A stretch of 64,000 nt of DNA from Candidatus Levyibacteriota bacterium (lineage in GTDB: Bacteria; Patescibacteriota; Microgenomatia; Levybacterales; UBA12049): positions 168,290 through 232,289 of the forward strand of contig DAIDHL010000001.1 in assembly GCA_027459745.1 (NCBI GenBank). The letters are read 5' to 3'. The notes beneath the pieces were generated by a model. It did not search any database, was not told the DNA's origin, and saw only the letters and a program-made list of their open reading frames with translations. Shown here in pieces: positions 10,098-20,698 of this stretch (the first letter of the stretch is position 1; every line of letters begins with the position of its first letter). The position numbers and the translations under genes are program-made.

Positions 10098-11747
10098 TTA
10101 ATAATCTTCCAAAGTTGAAATATCTCCGATTGGCTGGCCTAATTCTTTGGCACGTAAGATTCTGCGCATAATTTTACCGCTTCTGGTTTTAGGCAGACGA
10201 TCTATAAACTCTATTTCGCGAGGATATGCATGACCGGCTAAATGAGTCTTAACGAAGTCTGCTAACTCAGATTTAAGTTTTTCGGAGGCCAGTGACTCGT
10301 CTTTCAAAACTACAAAGGCTTTAATAATTTCACCACGAACAACGTCAGGTTTACCAATCACTCCTGCTTCAACCACATCTGGATGTTCAATCAACACACT
10401 TTCAACTTCGAAGGGACCAATGCGTTCTCCAGATGTTTTGATCAAATCGTCTGCCCGCCCTATAAACCAAAAATAGCCTTTCTCGTCCTTTTTGGCTTTG
10501 TCACCCGAAATATACCATTCATCTTTAAAATATGATTTATATTTCTCCTCGTCTTGCCAAATTGTTCGCATAATAGACGGCCAATAGGGTTTGAGACACA
10601 AATTGCCTTCTTCATTGACTACCACCTCTTCCATATTATCATCCATTATTTTTGCTTCTACCCAGGGCAAAGGTTTGCCCATTGATCCGGGATGAATACC
10701 TAGTGAGGGAGTATTGGCAATCATGATAGAACCAGTTTCGGTTTGCCACCAGGTATCATGAAAAAATTTACCAAATACTTTGTTACCCCAAAGGATTGCT
10801 TCAGGATTAAGTGGCTCGCCAACTGAGGCCAAAAAACGTAAACTTGATAGGTCATGTTTTTGTACTAATTCTTCACCTTTAGCCATCAACATGCGGATGG
10901 CTGTAGGAGCTGTATACCATACAGTAACTTTGTGTTTGGCAATTATTTCATACCATTTCTCAGCCTCAAATTTACCACCGTACACGACGGTGGTTATTCC
11001 CAGTGCCCAGTTGCTCAAGATGGAGTAAACAATACCGGTAATCCAGCCGGGATCAGCGGTGCACCAATATACATCATTTGGCTGCAGGTCTAAACATAAT
11101 TTGGCACTGGCAATTTGTTGAATAATTGCATAATGTGCATGTACGATGCCTTTTGGTTTTCCGGTTGTACCCGATGTATAAAGCATAAAAGCATAATCTT
11201 CAGCTTGTGTGTGGGCTGTTTCAAAACTGTCTGATTGAGACTCATATTCAGCTATAAATTCTTCGTTGTCTACAACTAATATAGAACTTAATTCGGATAA
11301 ATCATTTTTAATTTTTTCAACTCTTGGCAATAAATTTTTATTAGTGAAGACAATCTTGCTGCCTGAGTTACTCAATCTATCTTTTAGAGCTTCAGATTCA
11401 AAGGCAGAAAAATATACACTGGCAATAGCTCCAGTTTTCATGATTCCTAAGAAAATATAAAACAACTCGGGGATTCTGGGTAGAAAAATAGAGACTCGAT
11501 CTCCTTTTTTAATACCAATTTGATGTAGATAATTCGCAATTCTATTACTTTTTCTGACCAAACTGAAAAAAGTAATCTCGGTGGTCGTTCCATCTTCTGC
11601 TTCATAAATCAAAGCTGTTTTATTGCCATTGCCTTTTTCAATGTTATGATCCAAGACATTGTAGGCCATATTAAGGCTGCCGTCTTCAAACCAAACTAGC
11701 GAGTCTGGAAGGTTTTGAAAATATTCGGAAGTATATTTATTATCCAT
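10098..11747 (-). CDS. acsA: acetate--CoA ligase (acetyl-CoA synthetase)
   Basis: YTSGTTGKPKG, WCTADPGW, SVGEPLNPE, DTWWQTETG, LPKTRSGKIMRR. Confidence 0.93.
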   Translation of the reverse strand: MDNKYTSEYFQNLPDSLVWFEDGSLNMAYNVLDHNIEKGNGNKTALIYEAEDGTTTEITFFSLVRKSNRIANYLHQIGIKKGDRVSIFLPRIPELFYIFLGIMKTGAIASVYFSAFESEALKDRLSNSGSKIVFTNKNLLPRVEKIKNDLSELSSILVVDNEEFIAEYESQSDSFETAHTQAEDYAFMLYTSGTTGKPKGIVHAHYAIIQQIASAKLCLDLQPNDVYWCTADPGWITGIVYSILSNWALGITTVVYGGKFEAEKWYEIIAKHKVTVWYTAPTAIRMLMAKGEELVQKHDLSSLRFLASVGEPLNPEAILWGNKVFGKFFHDTWWQTETGSIMIANTPSLGIHPGSMGKPLPWVEAKIMDDNMEEVVVNEEGNLCLKPYWPSIMRTIWQDEEKYKSYFKDEWYISGDKAKKDEKGYFWFIGRADDLIKTSGERIGPFEVESVLIEHPDVVEAGVIGKPDVVRGEIIKAFVVLKDESLASEKLKSELADFVKTHLAGHAYPREIEFIDRLPKTRSGKIMRRILRAKELGQPIGDISTLEDY

Positions 11748-11867
11748 TGGACTTAAATAGCATAAGTCATTTATAAGTAGTTATGCAAGGTTTTCTTTTT
11801 ATTTGACAAATATAATATATATCCTATAATACCTATTATCTCAGAAAGAATTGAACCAATTGACCCA

Positions 11868-12236
11868 ATGCAAAACGAAATGGCTGGCAGGCCAGTAGTA
11901 AATAATAACTTAAAGCAAGATAAGTTATATCCCTTACATGGAACAGTTTATAGAGTTAGAAGTCCCTTAAAGACTAAAGTACAGGAACTTGCATATGATG
12001 GTGTAGATACAGCCTTGGACATTGCTAATGGTTCTTGGCAAATATCGAAAAATTTATATACAAAATATCCTTATTCTTCATCTATTCTAATTCCACCTGT
12101 AGCAGGAGGAGTAACGGACGCTTTAATCGAAGGCAATCCTGTAAAAGGTTTAGTGGCAGGGGTGGTTGCAGGTGTCGGATTAGTTATGAGACACTGGAAG
12201 CGAAAAACCGATTTGCGAACAATAAAGTTTGATTAA
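11868..12236 (+). CDS. hypothetical protein with C-terminal Gly-rich hydrophobic segment
   Basis: 122-aa ORF behind a consensus promoter TTGACA(11803)-16-TATAAT(11825). Confidence 0.6.
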   Translation: MQNEMAGRPVVNNNLKQDKLYPLHGTVYRVRSPLKTKVQELAYDGVDTALDIANGSWQISKNLYTKYPYSSSILIPPVAGGVTDALIEGNPVKGLVAGVVAGVGLVMRHWKRKTDLRTIKFD

Positions 12237-14494
12237 AGGTTACTTTCTATACGAGCAATTTGTTCTCTTGCCGATTCCACCAGATCAGGCGAAATAGAAA
12301 TACTGCTAATTCCCCAACGGACTAATTTTTCTAACATATCCGGATATAAACTTGGTGCTTGTCCACAAATCGATGAACTCACACTATGTTTTTTACAAAT
12401 TTTTAAGACATGCTCAAATGCCCAAAGCATAGCTTCATTTCGTTCGTCAAATTCATGTGCTACCTCACTATTATCCCTATCAGTGCCAAGCATTAGAGTT
12501 GTTAAATTATCGGAACCAATTGAAACCCCATCTAGTCCAACCTCGATAAATTTTTCTAATAAAATCACATTACTTGGAATCTCACACATCATGTAGAGTT
12601 TAAAACTCGGGCTCCTATATAATCCGGCTGAGGCTATTATCTTTTTAACTTCTATCAGTTCACGTACATTCCGCACAAAAGGTACCATAAGCCAAAGATT
12701 TTTTAAGCCCATTTTATTACGCACAATTTTTATTGCTTCCAATTCCATATAGAAAACTTGGGGATCATGAATATAGCGAAAAGCTCCTCGATAGCCAATT
12801 AAGGGGTTTTCTTCTGTTAGTTCATAAGTTTTACCTCCAATTAAATTTCTATATTCATTGCTTTTAAAATCACTAGCCTTATATATTACTGGCCTTTGTC
12901 CAAAATTTCGACAGACATTTTCTAGCTGCCCCGCCAATTTAGCAATATACTCCTTTTGAGTGCCATCTTGAAGAATTTTTTTTGGGTGAATCCCTATACT
13001 TGTTATCATGGATTCTGCTTTTAACAATCCAACTCCGTCTACATCTTTCTGTGCAACTTTATCCGAATTCACTGTTTCTGATAGATTTACATAAACTTTG
13101 GTGGCAGTTTGGAGATGCTTTGGAGTAAGCAGCTCTTTTTTTTGATCTCCGTTGATAAATCCTCCAGAATAAACTTCTCCTAGCGTGCCGTTTACGGTTA
13201 CGACTTGTCCATTTTTCAAGGTTTTTATTGCATTTTCTATACCTGTAATGGCAGGAATGCCTATTTCTTTTGAAACAATAGATGCGAGAGAAGTGTGACC
13301 ACCGATTTGGCTAACAATCGCGTTAGCTTTTTTCATAGCACGCGAATAATCTTGATTCGTATGGTTGACCACTAATACTTCACCTGGTGTGACACTTGAA
13401 ACGTCATGAGAATTTTGTAATATTTTTACTGGACCAGAAGCTATGCCTGGAGAAGCAGGCGCTCCTTTAAGTAATAATCCACCATGCCGCACAGAAGGCT
13501 CATTTGCTTTTTCACTTTTGGCTTTAGAGAATGTTGTAATGGGGCGTGTTTGCACAATGTAAATTTTTCCATCTTCAATAGCCCATTCGCATTCTTGCGG
13601 GAAATAGTAATGATGTTCAAGCTTTTTACCAATTTCAGCCAGTTGGATAATTTCTTCATCTGTTATTTTTTGCTGATTTCCGATAGGAGTAGTTAACTTA
13701 ATTATTCTATTCTCAAAGCTAACTTTTTTTAACATTTTGTCCTGAATTTGAACTTTTTTTTGTAGAATGTAGTAATTCTTTTTATCTATTTCGTAATGAT
13801 CGGGTGTGATTTGTCCTTGTGTGATCATTCCACCCAAACCATAAATCGCTTCAATAACAATTTTATTTTTGTCGTTGGTGATTGGATCAACTGTAAACAT
13901 GTGACCAGATTTATCTGACTCAATCATGTGCTGAACAATAACAGCCATACCTATGCGAAAGTGATCAAAATTCTTTTCATGACGATAAAATATAGTTCTA
14001 GCATCAAATAATGAGGCCCAGCATTCCTTTATTTTTAACAACACATTACTATATCCTTTGATATTTAAATAAGTATTCTGCTGACCTGCCAGTGAAGCTA
14101 AGGGTAAGTCTTTGGTTGTTGCCGAAGAGCGAACTGCAACTTGTTTTTGTTTAAAGAGTCCGCTTAACTTAGAGTAAGACTGTGTAATATCTTCAATCAA
14201 TTCTTTAGATTGTTGAGCTTCTAAAATAAGCTTTTTGATATGTTCAGAGACTTGGGCAGTTGATTCAGGGCGATCATAGTTAATTGTCGACAGTAAGTGT
14301 TTAATTTTTTCAGATAATCGATTTTCTCGCAAAAAATTGAAATAAGCATGAGAGGAAACGATAAAGCCATTAGGTACTGAAAAGCCTGCTGAAGTAATTT
14401 CCCCTAAATTTGCGCCTTTTTCCCCGACTAAATAAACATCTTCTTTATCAACTTCCGAAAACCATAGTACAAGATTAGTCGAATGGGCAGACAT
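12233..14494 (-). CDS. PEP synthase (pyruvate,water dikinase) homolog with degenerate catalytic motifs
   Basis: Full three-domain PpsA layout (KGANLGE, VAVRSSA, DFKSNEY, SICGQAPS), but GGHTSLA replaces GGxTSHA; start at 14494 supported by TTGCAA-17-AATAAT-6-ATG. Confidence 0.85.
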   Translation of the reverse strand: MSAHSTNLVLWFSEVDKEDVYLVGEKGANLGEITSAGFSVPNGFIVSSHAYFNFLRENRLSEKIKHLLSTINYDRPESTAQVSEHIKKLILEAQQSKELIEDITQSYSKLSGLFKQKQVAVRSSATTKDLPLASLAGQQNTYLNIKGYSNVLLKIKECWASLFDARTIFYRHEKNFDHFRIGMAVIVQHMIESDKSGHMFTVDPITNDKNKIVIEAIYGLGGMITQGQITPDHYEIDKKNYYILQKKVQIQDKMLKKVSFENRIIKLTTPIGNQQKITDEEIIQLAEIGKKLEHHYYFPQECEWAIEDGKIYIVQTRPITTFSKAKSEKANEPSVRHGGLLLKGAPASPGIASGPVKILQNSHDVSSVTPGEVLVVNHTNQDYSRAMKKANAIVSQIGGHTSLASIVSKEIGIPAITGIENAIKTLKNGQVVTVNGTLGEVYSGGFINGDQKKELLTPKHLQTATKVYVNLSETVNSDKVAQKDVDGVGLLKAESMITSIGIHPKKILQDGTQKEYIAKLAGQLENVCRNFGQRPVIYKASDFKSNEYRNLIGGKTYELTEENPLIGYRGAFRYIHDPQVFYMELEAIKIVRNKMGLKNLWLMVPFVRNVRELIEVKKIIASAGLYRSPSFKLYMMCEIPSNVILLEKFIEVGLDGVSIGSDNLTTLMLGTDRDNSEVAHEFDERNEAMLWAFEHVLKICKKHSVSSSICGQAPSLYPDMLEKLVRWGISSISISPDLVESAREQIARIESNL

Positions 14495-14578
14495 GTCTCT
14501 ATTATTACTGTATGTGCCTTGAGTTGCAAGTATTTTTATTGACATAAAGTCTAATGAAGTTTATAGTATGTAGAGTTT

Positions 14579-15331
14579 ATGGACGAGCAGACCAAACAAA
14601 AATATCATCAGCTTTTCCTTCAATCAGCCAAGCAATATTTATTCAGTTTTAATACTAATCTAGAAAATTATTTACGTAGTCAGACAGAACAAGCTGCTGT
14701 CGAGCAAATGTTTATTGCAGTGCATTCTATCAGAAGCCAATGCAACGTAATGGGATATCGTGATTTAGGCAACGAGTGCGCTGAGGTTGAGCAAATGCTA
14801 AGACCGCTTAGGGATTCTTCTACCCCGTTGACTTCTGAACAACTGAATTATCTACAGGATAGAGGTAAAAAAATCAATTTGATGTTAGGATCAATTGCCA
14901 TACCAAATACTGAGGTCTTAGTAAATGACCAACAACAAGGCCAGGAATCTCCAGTACAAAATAAAAAAATACTACTGGTTGAAGATGATCATTTTTTTCA
15001 ACAGTTCTATGCTTATAAGTTAAAGCAGAGTGGTTTTATAGTAGAAGAGGCCGCTAACGGTGATGAAGGAATAAAAAAACTAACTACTTTTTTGCCTAAT
15101 ATAGTTTTGTTGGATTTGATTATGCCTGTGAAAGATGGCTTCGAGTTTTTAGCTGAGAAGAAACAGTCTGAATCACAACAAATTGTAAATATTCCAGTGA
15201 TTATTTTTTCAACTCTAGGACAGGAAAAGGATATTCAAAGAGCTAAAGATTTAGGAGCCAATGACTATGTAAATAAGAGTTTTTTTGATTACTCCACACT
15301 TATTCAAAAAGTCCAGCAATTTTTAGGTTAA
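14579..15331 (+). CDS. Hpt-like domain plus response-regulator receiver fusion
   Basis: N-terminal F..VHSIRSQC..MG (Hpt-like His); C-terminal LLVEDD, LLDLIMP, FST, GANDYVNK; promoter TTGACA(14539)-17-TATAGT. Confidence 0.8.
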   Translation: MDEQTKQKYHQLFLQSAKQYLFSFNTNLENYLRSQTEQAAVEQMFIAVHSIRSQCNVMGYRDLGNECAEVEQMLRPLRDSSTPLTSEQLNYLQDRGKKINLMLGSIAIPNTEVLVNDQQQGQESPVQNKKILLVEDDHFFQQFYAYKLKQSGFIVEEAANGDEGIKKLTTFLPNIVLLDLIMPVKDGFEFLAEKKQSESQQIVNIPVIIFSTLGQEKDIQRAKDLGANDYVNKSFFDYSTLIQKVQQFLG

Positions 15332-15440
15332 GATAGATATTGGGTTAGAGTTCAGCCTTCTTTAAACACCTTGTATATACTCTTTTATATTTACTTATTA
15401 TTTAGATCTCCTCTGGTGACAATTTCAGCAATTTGTTATT

Positions 15441-17150
15441 ATGAATATAGCTTTATCAAACCTGCCTATGATCATAAGTGATGTTACGCTTAAAGAAATC
15501 ATTCTGCAAACCAAACTGTTAGATGAGAAAAAAATTGATGAGATGCTGGATTTTGCTAAAAATACACATATCAGTTTGGCAGATGCATTAGTAGAAAAAG
15601 ACTTAATTTCAGATGAGAATCTGGGAATCCTTATTTCTGATGCGCTTAAAATTCCATTCATCGTTTTGTCCAAAATAGTATTAGATCCACAAGTAGCCCG
15701 AATTATCCCTGAACGTATAGCTCTCAAACATCATACCATTCCCTTTGCCATCGAAAATCAAACGGTTAAGATCGCTATGTCTGACCCATCAGATAAAGGT
15801 ATCCAGGACATCATTGCAAGAAAAACCAACATGCAGGTGATAGCATATTTAGCCACAGAAAGAGATATTTATGCCTCACTGCGTATTTATCAGAAAAATT
15901 TGCAAAAGTCGTTTGACGAATTAATCGAAGACGAAGTTAGAAAAAGTGGCCATGTAAAAAATGACGCGCCTATAGCTAAGATTGTTGACTTAGTTATTCG
16001 CTATGCCTATCAGGATCGCGCGTCGGATATCCATATTGAACCGGAAGAGTTAAATTCTTTAGTTCGTTTTCGTGTCGATGGCATTTTACATGATGTCTTG
16101 TTTTTACCTAAATCTTTACATGACCAGGTTATCAGTAGAATTAAAGTATTATCACGTTTAAGGACTGATGAGCATTTAGGTCCGCAAGACGGGAAAATGC
16201 GAGCTAAGTTAGAAGAGGAAGATTTAGATATTCGTGTATCTATCCTTCCAGTCGTAGATGGTGAAAAAGCTGTTTTGCGTTTACTTGCCTCGAGATTTCG
16301 CAACTTTTCTTTGCTTGATTTAGGCATGACGGAAGAAGATTTAAAAATTGTCACTGATGGATTCAATAAGTCATTTGGTATGGTTTTATCTACTGGACCT
16401 ACGGGTTCAGGTAAAACGACATCTATTTACTCTATTTTAAAGATTTTAAATATTCGAGAGAAAAATATTACAACCATTGAGGATCCTGTGGAGTATCGTA
16501 TCAAAGGTGTAAATCAAATTCACGTAAATCCGAAATCGGGTTTAACTTTTGCCGATGGATTACGTTCTATTTTGCGTCAAGATCCCAATATCGTTTTTGT
16601 CGGTGAAATTCGTGACAATGAAACTGCGGAAATCGCGGTAAATGCAGCTTTAACCGGACATCTAGTTCTTTCTACACTTCACACCAATGATGCCGCAACT
16701 ACCTTACCTCGTTTGACAGACATGGGAGTTGAACCTTTCCTAGTAGCCTCAACTGTAAATGTGATTTTTGCACAAAGGTTGGTGCGTAAAATTTGTGAAA
16801 TGTGTAAAACGTCTGTTACAGTTGAAAGAAAGAAGCTTATAGAACATATTTCTGAGGGAGAAATTTCCAAGTTTTTCCCTGCCAATCAGCAGATCATGCT
16901 TTATCAAGGAGCAGGCTGTAAGGTTTGTCATAATACTGGGTATGAAGGAAGAATTGGAGTGTTTGAAGTTTTAAAAGTAACAAAAAACATTCGTGATTAT
17001 ATTTCGCAAAAAAAAGATGCCGATTTTATTCAACGTGTAGCCGTTGAAGAGGGTATGAGAACCATGCTAGAAGATGGGTTGTCCAAAGTAGCTAGAGGTT
17101 TAACTACAATTGAAGAAGTATTACGCGTAACCAAGGTTGAATCAGAATGA
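15441..17150 (+). CDS. pilB: type IV pilus assembly ATPase (PilB/GspE)
   Basis: ASDIHIEP, GPTGSGKTT, TIEDPVE, LRQDP, GEIRD, STLHTN, tetracysteine motif. Confidence 0.95.
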   Translation: MNIALSNLPMIISDVTLKEIILQTKLLDEKKIDEMLDFAKNTHISLADALVEKDLISDENLGILISDALKIPFIVLSKIVLDPQVARIIPERIALKHHTIPFAIENQTVKIAMSDPSDKGIQDIIARKTNMQVIAYLATERDIYASLRIYQKNLQKSFDELIEDEVRKSGHVKNDAPIAKIVDLVIRYAYQDRASDIHIEPEELNSLVRFRVDGILHDVLFLPKSLHDQVISRIKVLSRLRTDEHLGPQDGKMRAKLEEEDLDIRVSILPVVDGEKAVLRLLASRFRNFSLLDLGMTEEDLKIVTDGFNKSFGMVLSTGPTGSGKTTSIYSILKILNIREKNITTIEDPVEYRIKGVNQIHVNPKSGLTFADGLRSILRQDPNIVFVGEIRDNETAEIAVNAALTGHLVLSTLHTNDAATTLPRLTDMGVEPFLVASTVNVIFAQRLVRKICEMCKTSVTVERKKLIEHISEGEISKFFPANQQIMLYQGAGCKVCHNTGYEGRIGVFEVLKVTKNIRDYISQKKDADFIQRVAVEEGMRTMLEDGLSKVARGLTTIEEVLRVTKVESE

Positions 17151-18202
17151 AACTAGCAGATATATCAATATCAACAAATGAAGAGATAAATTTAATTAGC
17201 AACATGTCTACCATGTTGAAGGCTGGTATTCCGATTATAGAAGTCATAGACTCGCTTTTAGAAGATTCAAAAGGACATCTCAAAATTGTTTTAGAAACAC
17301 TGCGTGCTGATTTGATGCAGGGTAAAAGAATTTATACATCTTTCTCCAAATTCCCTAAGATCTTCGATAGTGTAACAATTAATCTTATTCGTGCAAGTGA
17401 AGAAGCTGGGACGCTAGATGTTTCTTTGGAAGATTTAAAAATAAACATTCAAAAACAAATGGAATTTAATGATCAGATAAGAGGGGCTATGATTTATCCT
17501 GTTTTTATTATATTTGTCTTTTTTAGCGTGATGATAGTGATATTAATTGTAGTTATCCCTAAAATTTCCACCGTATTTTCTAGTTTGGGGGCTACCTTGC
17601 CTTTGCCAACGCAGATTATGATTACAGCCTCAAATTTTTTGCTTAAAAATACGCTTGAAGCTGTTACTAGCGCTGTTTTAATAACAGCTTTTATTCTTTA
17701 TATGATTCGTAAACAGAAAAAATTCTTAATAAGAATGCTCTTAAGTCTTCCTGTTATCTCCAAACTTGGTAAAGAAATAGATATTGCCCGTTTTACCCGG
17801 AGTTTGTATTTGTTACTTAATTCTGGTTTACCCATAGGCAGTGCTTTAGCGTTGGCAGGTTCAGTGGTAAATAAAAAAGATGTTGCACTGGCCATTGAGC
17901 ATTCCAGACAAGTTGTTTTAGCGGGTAAAAATTTATCCGAAGGGTTTAAATCTCATAAAGATATTTTTCCCAGTATGATTATTAAAATTACTGAGGCAGG
18001 GGAGAGAAGTGGTTCCTTAGATAAATCTATGCAGGATGCCTCGATTTATCTGGATTATCAAGTTTCACAGACCCTGAAAACAGTAACAGCATTAATAGAG
18101 CCTGTGATGTTGGTAGTAGTTGGTTTGTTAATTGGTGGCATGATGTTAGCGATCATTGCGCCAATGTACGGAATGATCAGCCAGATCAGCAACCCGCAGT
18201 AA
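17147..18202 (+). CDS. pilC: type IV pilus platform protein (PilC/GspF)
   Basis: Two T2SSF repeats (AGIP..EEAGTL; SGLP..GERSGSL), AMIYP, IEP. Confidence 0.93.
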   Translation: MKLADISISTNEEINLISNMSTMLKAGIPIIEVIDSLLEDSKGHLKIVLETLRADLMQGKRIYTSFSKFPKIFDSVTINLIRASEEAGTLDVSLEDLKINIQKQMEFNDQIRGAMIYPVFIIFVFFSVMIVILIVVIPKISTVFSSLGATLPLPTQIMITASNFLLKNTLEAVTSAVLITAFILYMIRKQKKFLIRMLLSLPVISKLGKEIDIARFTRSLYLLLNSGLPIGSALALAGSVVNKKDVALAIEHSRQVVLAGKNLSEGFKSHKDIFPSMIIKITEAGERSGSLDKSMQDASIYLDYQVSQTLKTVTALIEPVMLVVVGLLIGGMMLAIIAPMYGMISQISNPQ

Positions 18203-18213
18203 TCCTTAAATTT

Positions 18214-18699
18214 ATGACAAGGAATGTACAAAAAGGTTTTACTATTATCGAACTAGTTGTTGTAGTAGTTCTTTTTATAACAATTTCCGCTTTTGTTACG
18301 ACTAATTTAATTGGTGCGCAGCATAGTGCAAGTCTTTCAACTGCCATGTCCATTTTGGTGGCAGATATTAAAAATCAACAAAGTTTGGCTTTGACGGGCA
18401 AGAATAGTTTGGGTTCGAATGGTAATTACTTTGGAGTTCATTTTGATACTAATTCTTATACATTGTTTAGTGGATCTGTCTATAATCCTTCAGGTTCTAA
18501 TAATCAAACAATAAATTTAGATCCTGAGTTTCAGTTCACCAATATTACGCTTACCAATGATAATCTGATTTTTATTCCATTAAATGGTGAAGTATATGGT
18601 TACAGCTCTAACACAAACTCAGTTGAGTTACTGGATACTGTAAGTAATCAACAAAAAATTCTGCAGTTTAATTATTTAGGAGTAATTACAAATGATTAA
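18214..18699 (+). CDS. type IV minor pilin (FimT/GspH-like)
   Basis: Class III signal peptide KG|FTIIELVVV. Confidence 0.88.
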   Translation: MTRNVQKGFTIIELVVVVVLFITISAFVTTNLIGAQHSASLSTAMSILVADIKNQQSLALTGKNSLGSNGNYFGVHFDTNSYTLFSGSVYNPSGSNNQTINLDPEFQFTNITLTNDNLIFIPLNGEVYGYSSNTNSVELLDTVSNQQKILQFNYLGVITND

Positions 18700-20698
18700 A
18701 ATGAAAGGACAAACTTTAGTCGAATTATTAGTCACAATCGGCTTGGCAGCTATTTTGTTGCCAGCACTACTTGTTGGATCTTATGCATCCAACAGTGGTC
18801 GTGCACAAAATGAGCAACATATTCAGGCTTACACCATGATTCAGGCTATGGAGGAAGAAATGCGGAGTATTCGTGAGGGCAGCTGGTCAGCTATAGCAAA
18901 TGATGGAACTTATTATATAAAAAATGCCGGAACAACCTGGACTTTAGCTTCTGGTACACTCACTGCTAACGGCTTTACCCAGCAGGTAGTAATAGGAGAT
19001 GTATACCGTAATAGCTCAGGTAATATTACCACGTCGGGTGGAACGATAGATCCTTCGACTAAGTCCATAACAATTACAGTTTCTTGGAATTATCCTTATC
19101 CTTCTTCAAGCTCAGAAACATTTTACCTAACTCGATATCTTAATAATTATTCTAAAATTGATACGAGTGTCACCGATTTTAATGTCGGTACTTTGATAGG
19201 TACTGCAGTTACTAATACCAATGGTGGTGAAGTCACTTTGGGTAATGGAGGAAATGCGGACTGGTGCAAACCACAAGATTCCCTGATAAACACTTTAACT
19301 ATGCCCAAACAAGCTAATACCATTATGGCACTCCCTGGAGAAGCATACGTAGGAACAGGGGACGGAACTTCAGGGGTAACATTCGTTAATGTCGGCATCA
19401 CACAACCTTTGCCTCCAGCTACACCTTCAGCTTCGATTGTAGGGACGTATTCAAGTAGCTACAAAACAAATGCTATCTTTTCAGACGGAAGATATGTTTA
19501 CTTAGCTACAGATGGATCTGCTCAACAGGTATTGATTTTGGATACTTCTTCTACCCCGTATAGCGTAATTGGAACTATATCAGTTCCAAGTGGAGTAGGG
19601 GCAAATGGTGTATATGTTTATAATAATACAGCTTATGTTACTAGTTCCAACAAGCTGTATACTTTTGATGTTACTACCAAAACAGGTGCCCATACTACCC
19701 CTTTGACATCCATAACAATGTATTTTAGCTTTTTTAGTCCTAATCCATTGGCAAAGCAGGTTGTAGTGTCTAATGGGTATGCTTTCGTAGGAACGGCAAA
19801 CACTCTATTTGGGTTGCAGAAATTTAAAATAATTAACAATGGTTCGTCTTTAGGTTTAGTTGGGGTATCTAATTTCACATGGAATCAATCATCTGAGGGA
19901 TTGGCTGTCAACAGTGACGGAACAAGAGCTTATATAGCTTTTGACAAAGGTAGCGGCTTTGGTGCATTATTTCCAGATGGCTTTTTTATAGTCGATACTT
20001 CCTATCCGGATCAAGGCTCTTGGTGGTCCCAGTTTTTTCCTAATTTTTATAACATAATTGGAACCTATAATTCAGGAGCTACCGATCCGGATGGCATGGC
20101 AATTGCCGCATCAAACAGAGCCATATTAGTAGGAAATGGCGGATCACAACAATATCAGGTTATAGATACATCCAATGAAGCTCATCCTGTTTTATGTGGA
20201 GGTATGAGTTTTTCACAAGGAATATTTGGTGTTTCTACCGTATTACAGTCTAATGGTTATGCGTACTCTTACATAATTTCAGGTGAAAGTAAAGATCAGT
20301 TTAAAATTATCGAAGGAGGAGTAGGAGGATCATATTCAGATTCTGGCACTTACGAATCTAAAACTTTTGATGCTAGTGCGCAGGCAGCATTTAATAGTGT
20401 GTACGTAGATATTAGCCAGCCTCCTTTAACTCAAATAAAAATGCAGGTTGGTGTAACAAATCCTGTGAGCGGAAGCTGCGGCAATGTTCCTTCTTTTACA
20501 TATGTAGGGCCAAATGGAGACCCAACACAGTATTTTACCTCATCTTCCTCAGCTATCATGGCACCCATACCGATTGGTTCATATGGAGCAAATTATGCTA
20601 ATCCAGGTCAGTGTTATCGTTATAAACTTTGGCTTTCAACTAATAGTCTGACTCAATTACCAGTAGTTTACGATGTGTCGACTAATTACTCACTATGA
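18692..20698 (+). CDS. large pilin-like adhesin with beta-propeller-like repeats
   Basis: KG|QTLVELL N-terminus; Ser/Thr/Gly-rich body with LVIVD-like strands (YVYLA, VLILD, YAFVG, FIVD). Confidence 0.8.
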   Translation: MIKMKGQTLVELLVTIGLAAILLPALLVGSYASNSGRAQNEQHIQAYTMIQAMEEEMRSIREGSWSAIANDGTYYIKNAGTTWTLASGTLTANGFTQQVVIGDVYRNSSGNITTSGGTIDPSTKSITITVSWNYPYPSSSSETFYLTRYLNNYSKIDTSVTDFNVGTLIGTAVTNTNGGEVTLGNGGNADWCKPQDSLINTLTMPKQANTIMALPGEAYVGTGDGTSGVTFVNVGITQPLPPATPSASIVGTYSSSYKTNAIFSDGRYVYLATDGSAQQVLILDTSSTPYSVIGTISVPSGVGANGVYVYNNTAYVTSSNKLYTFDVTTKTGAHTTPLTSITMYFSFFSPNPLAKQVVVSNGYAFVGTANTLFGLQKFKIINNGSSLGLVGVSNFTWNQSSEGLAVNSDGTRAYIAFDKGSGFGALFPDGFFIVDTSYPDQGSWWSQFFPNFYNIIGTYNSGATDPDGMAIAASNRAILVGNGGSQQYQVIDTSNEAHPVLCGGMSFSQGIFGVSTVLQSNGYAYSYIISGESKDQFKIIEGGVGGSYSDSGTYESKTFDASAQAAFNSVYVDISQPPLTQIKMQVGVTNPVSGSCGNVPSFTYVGPNGDPTQYFTSSSSAIMAPIPIGSYGANYANPGQCYRYKLWLSTNSLTQLPVVYDVSTNYSL

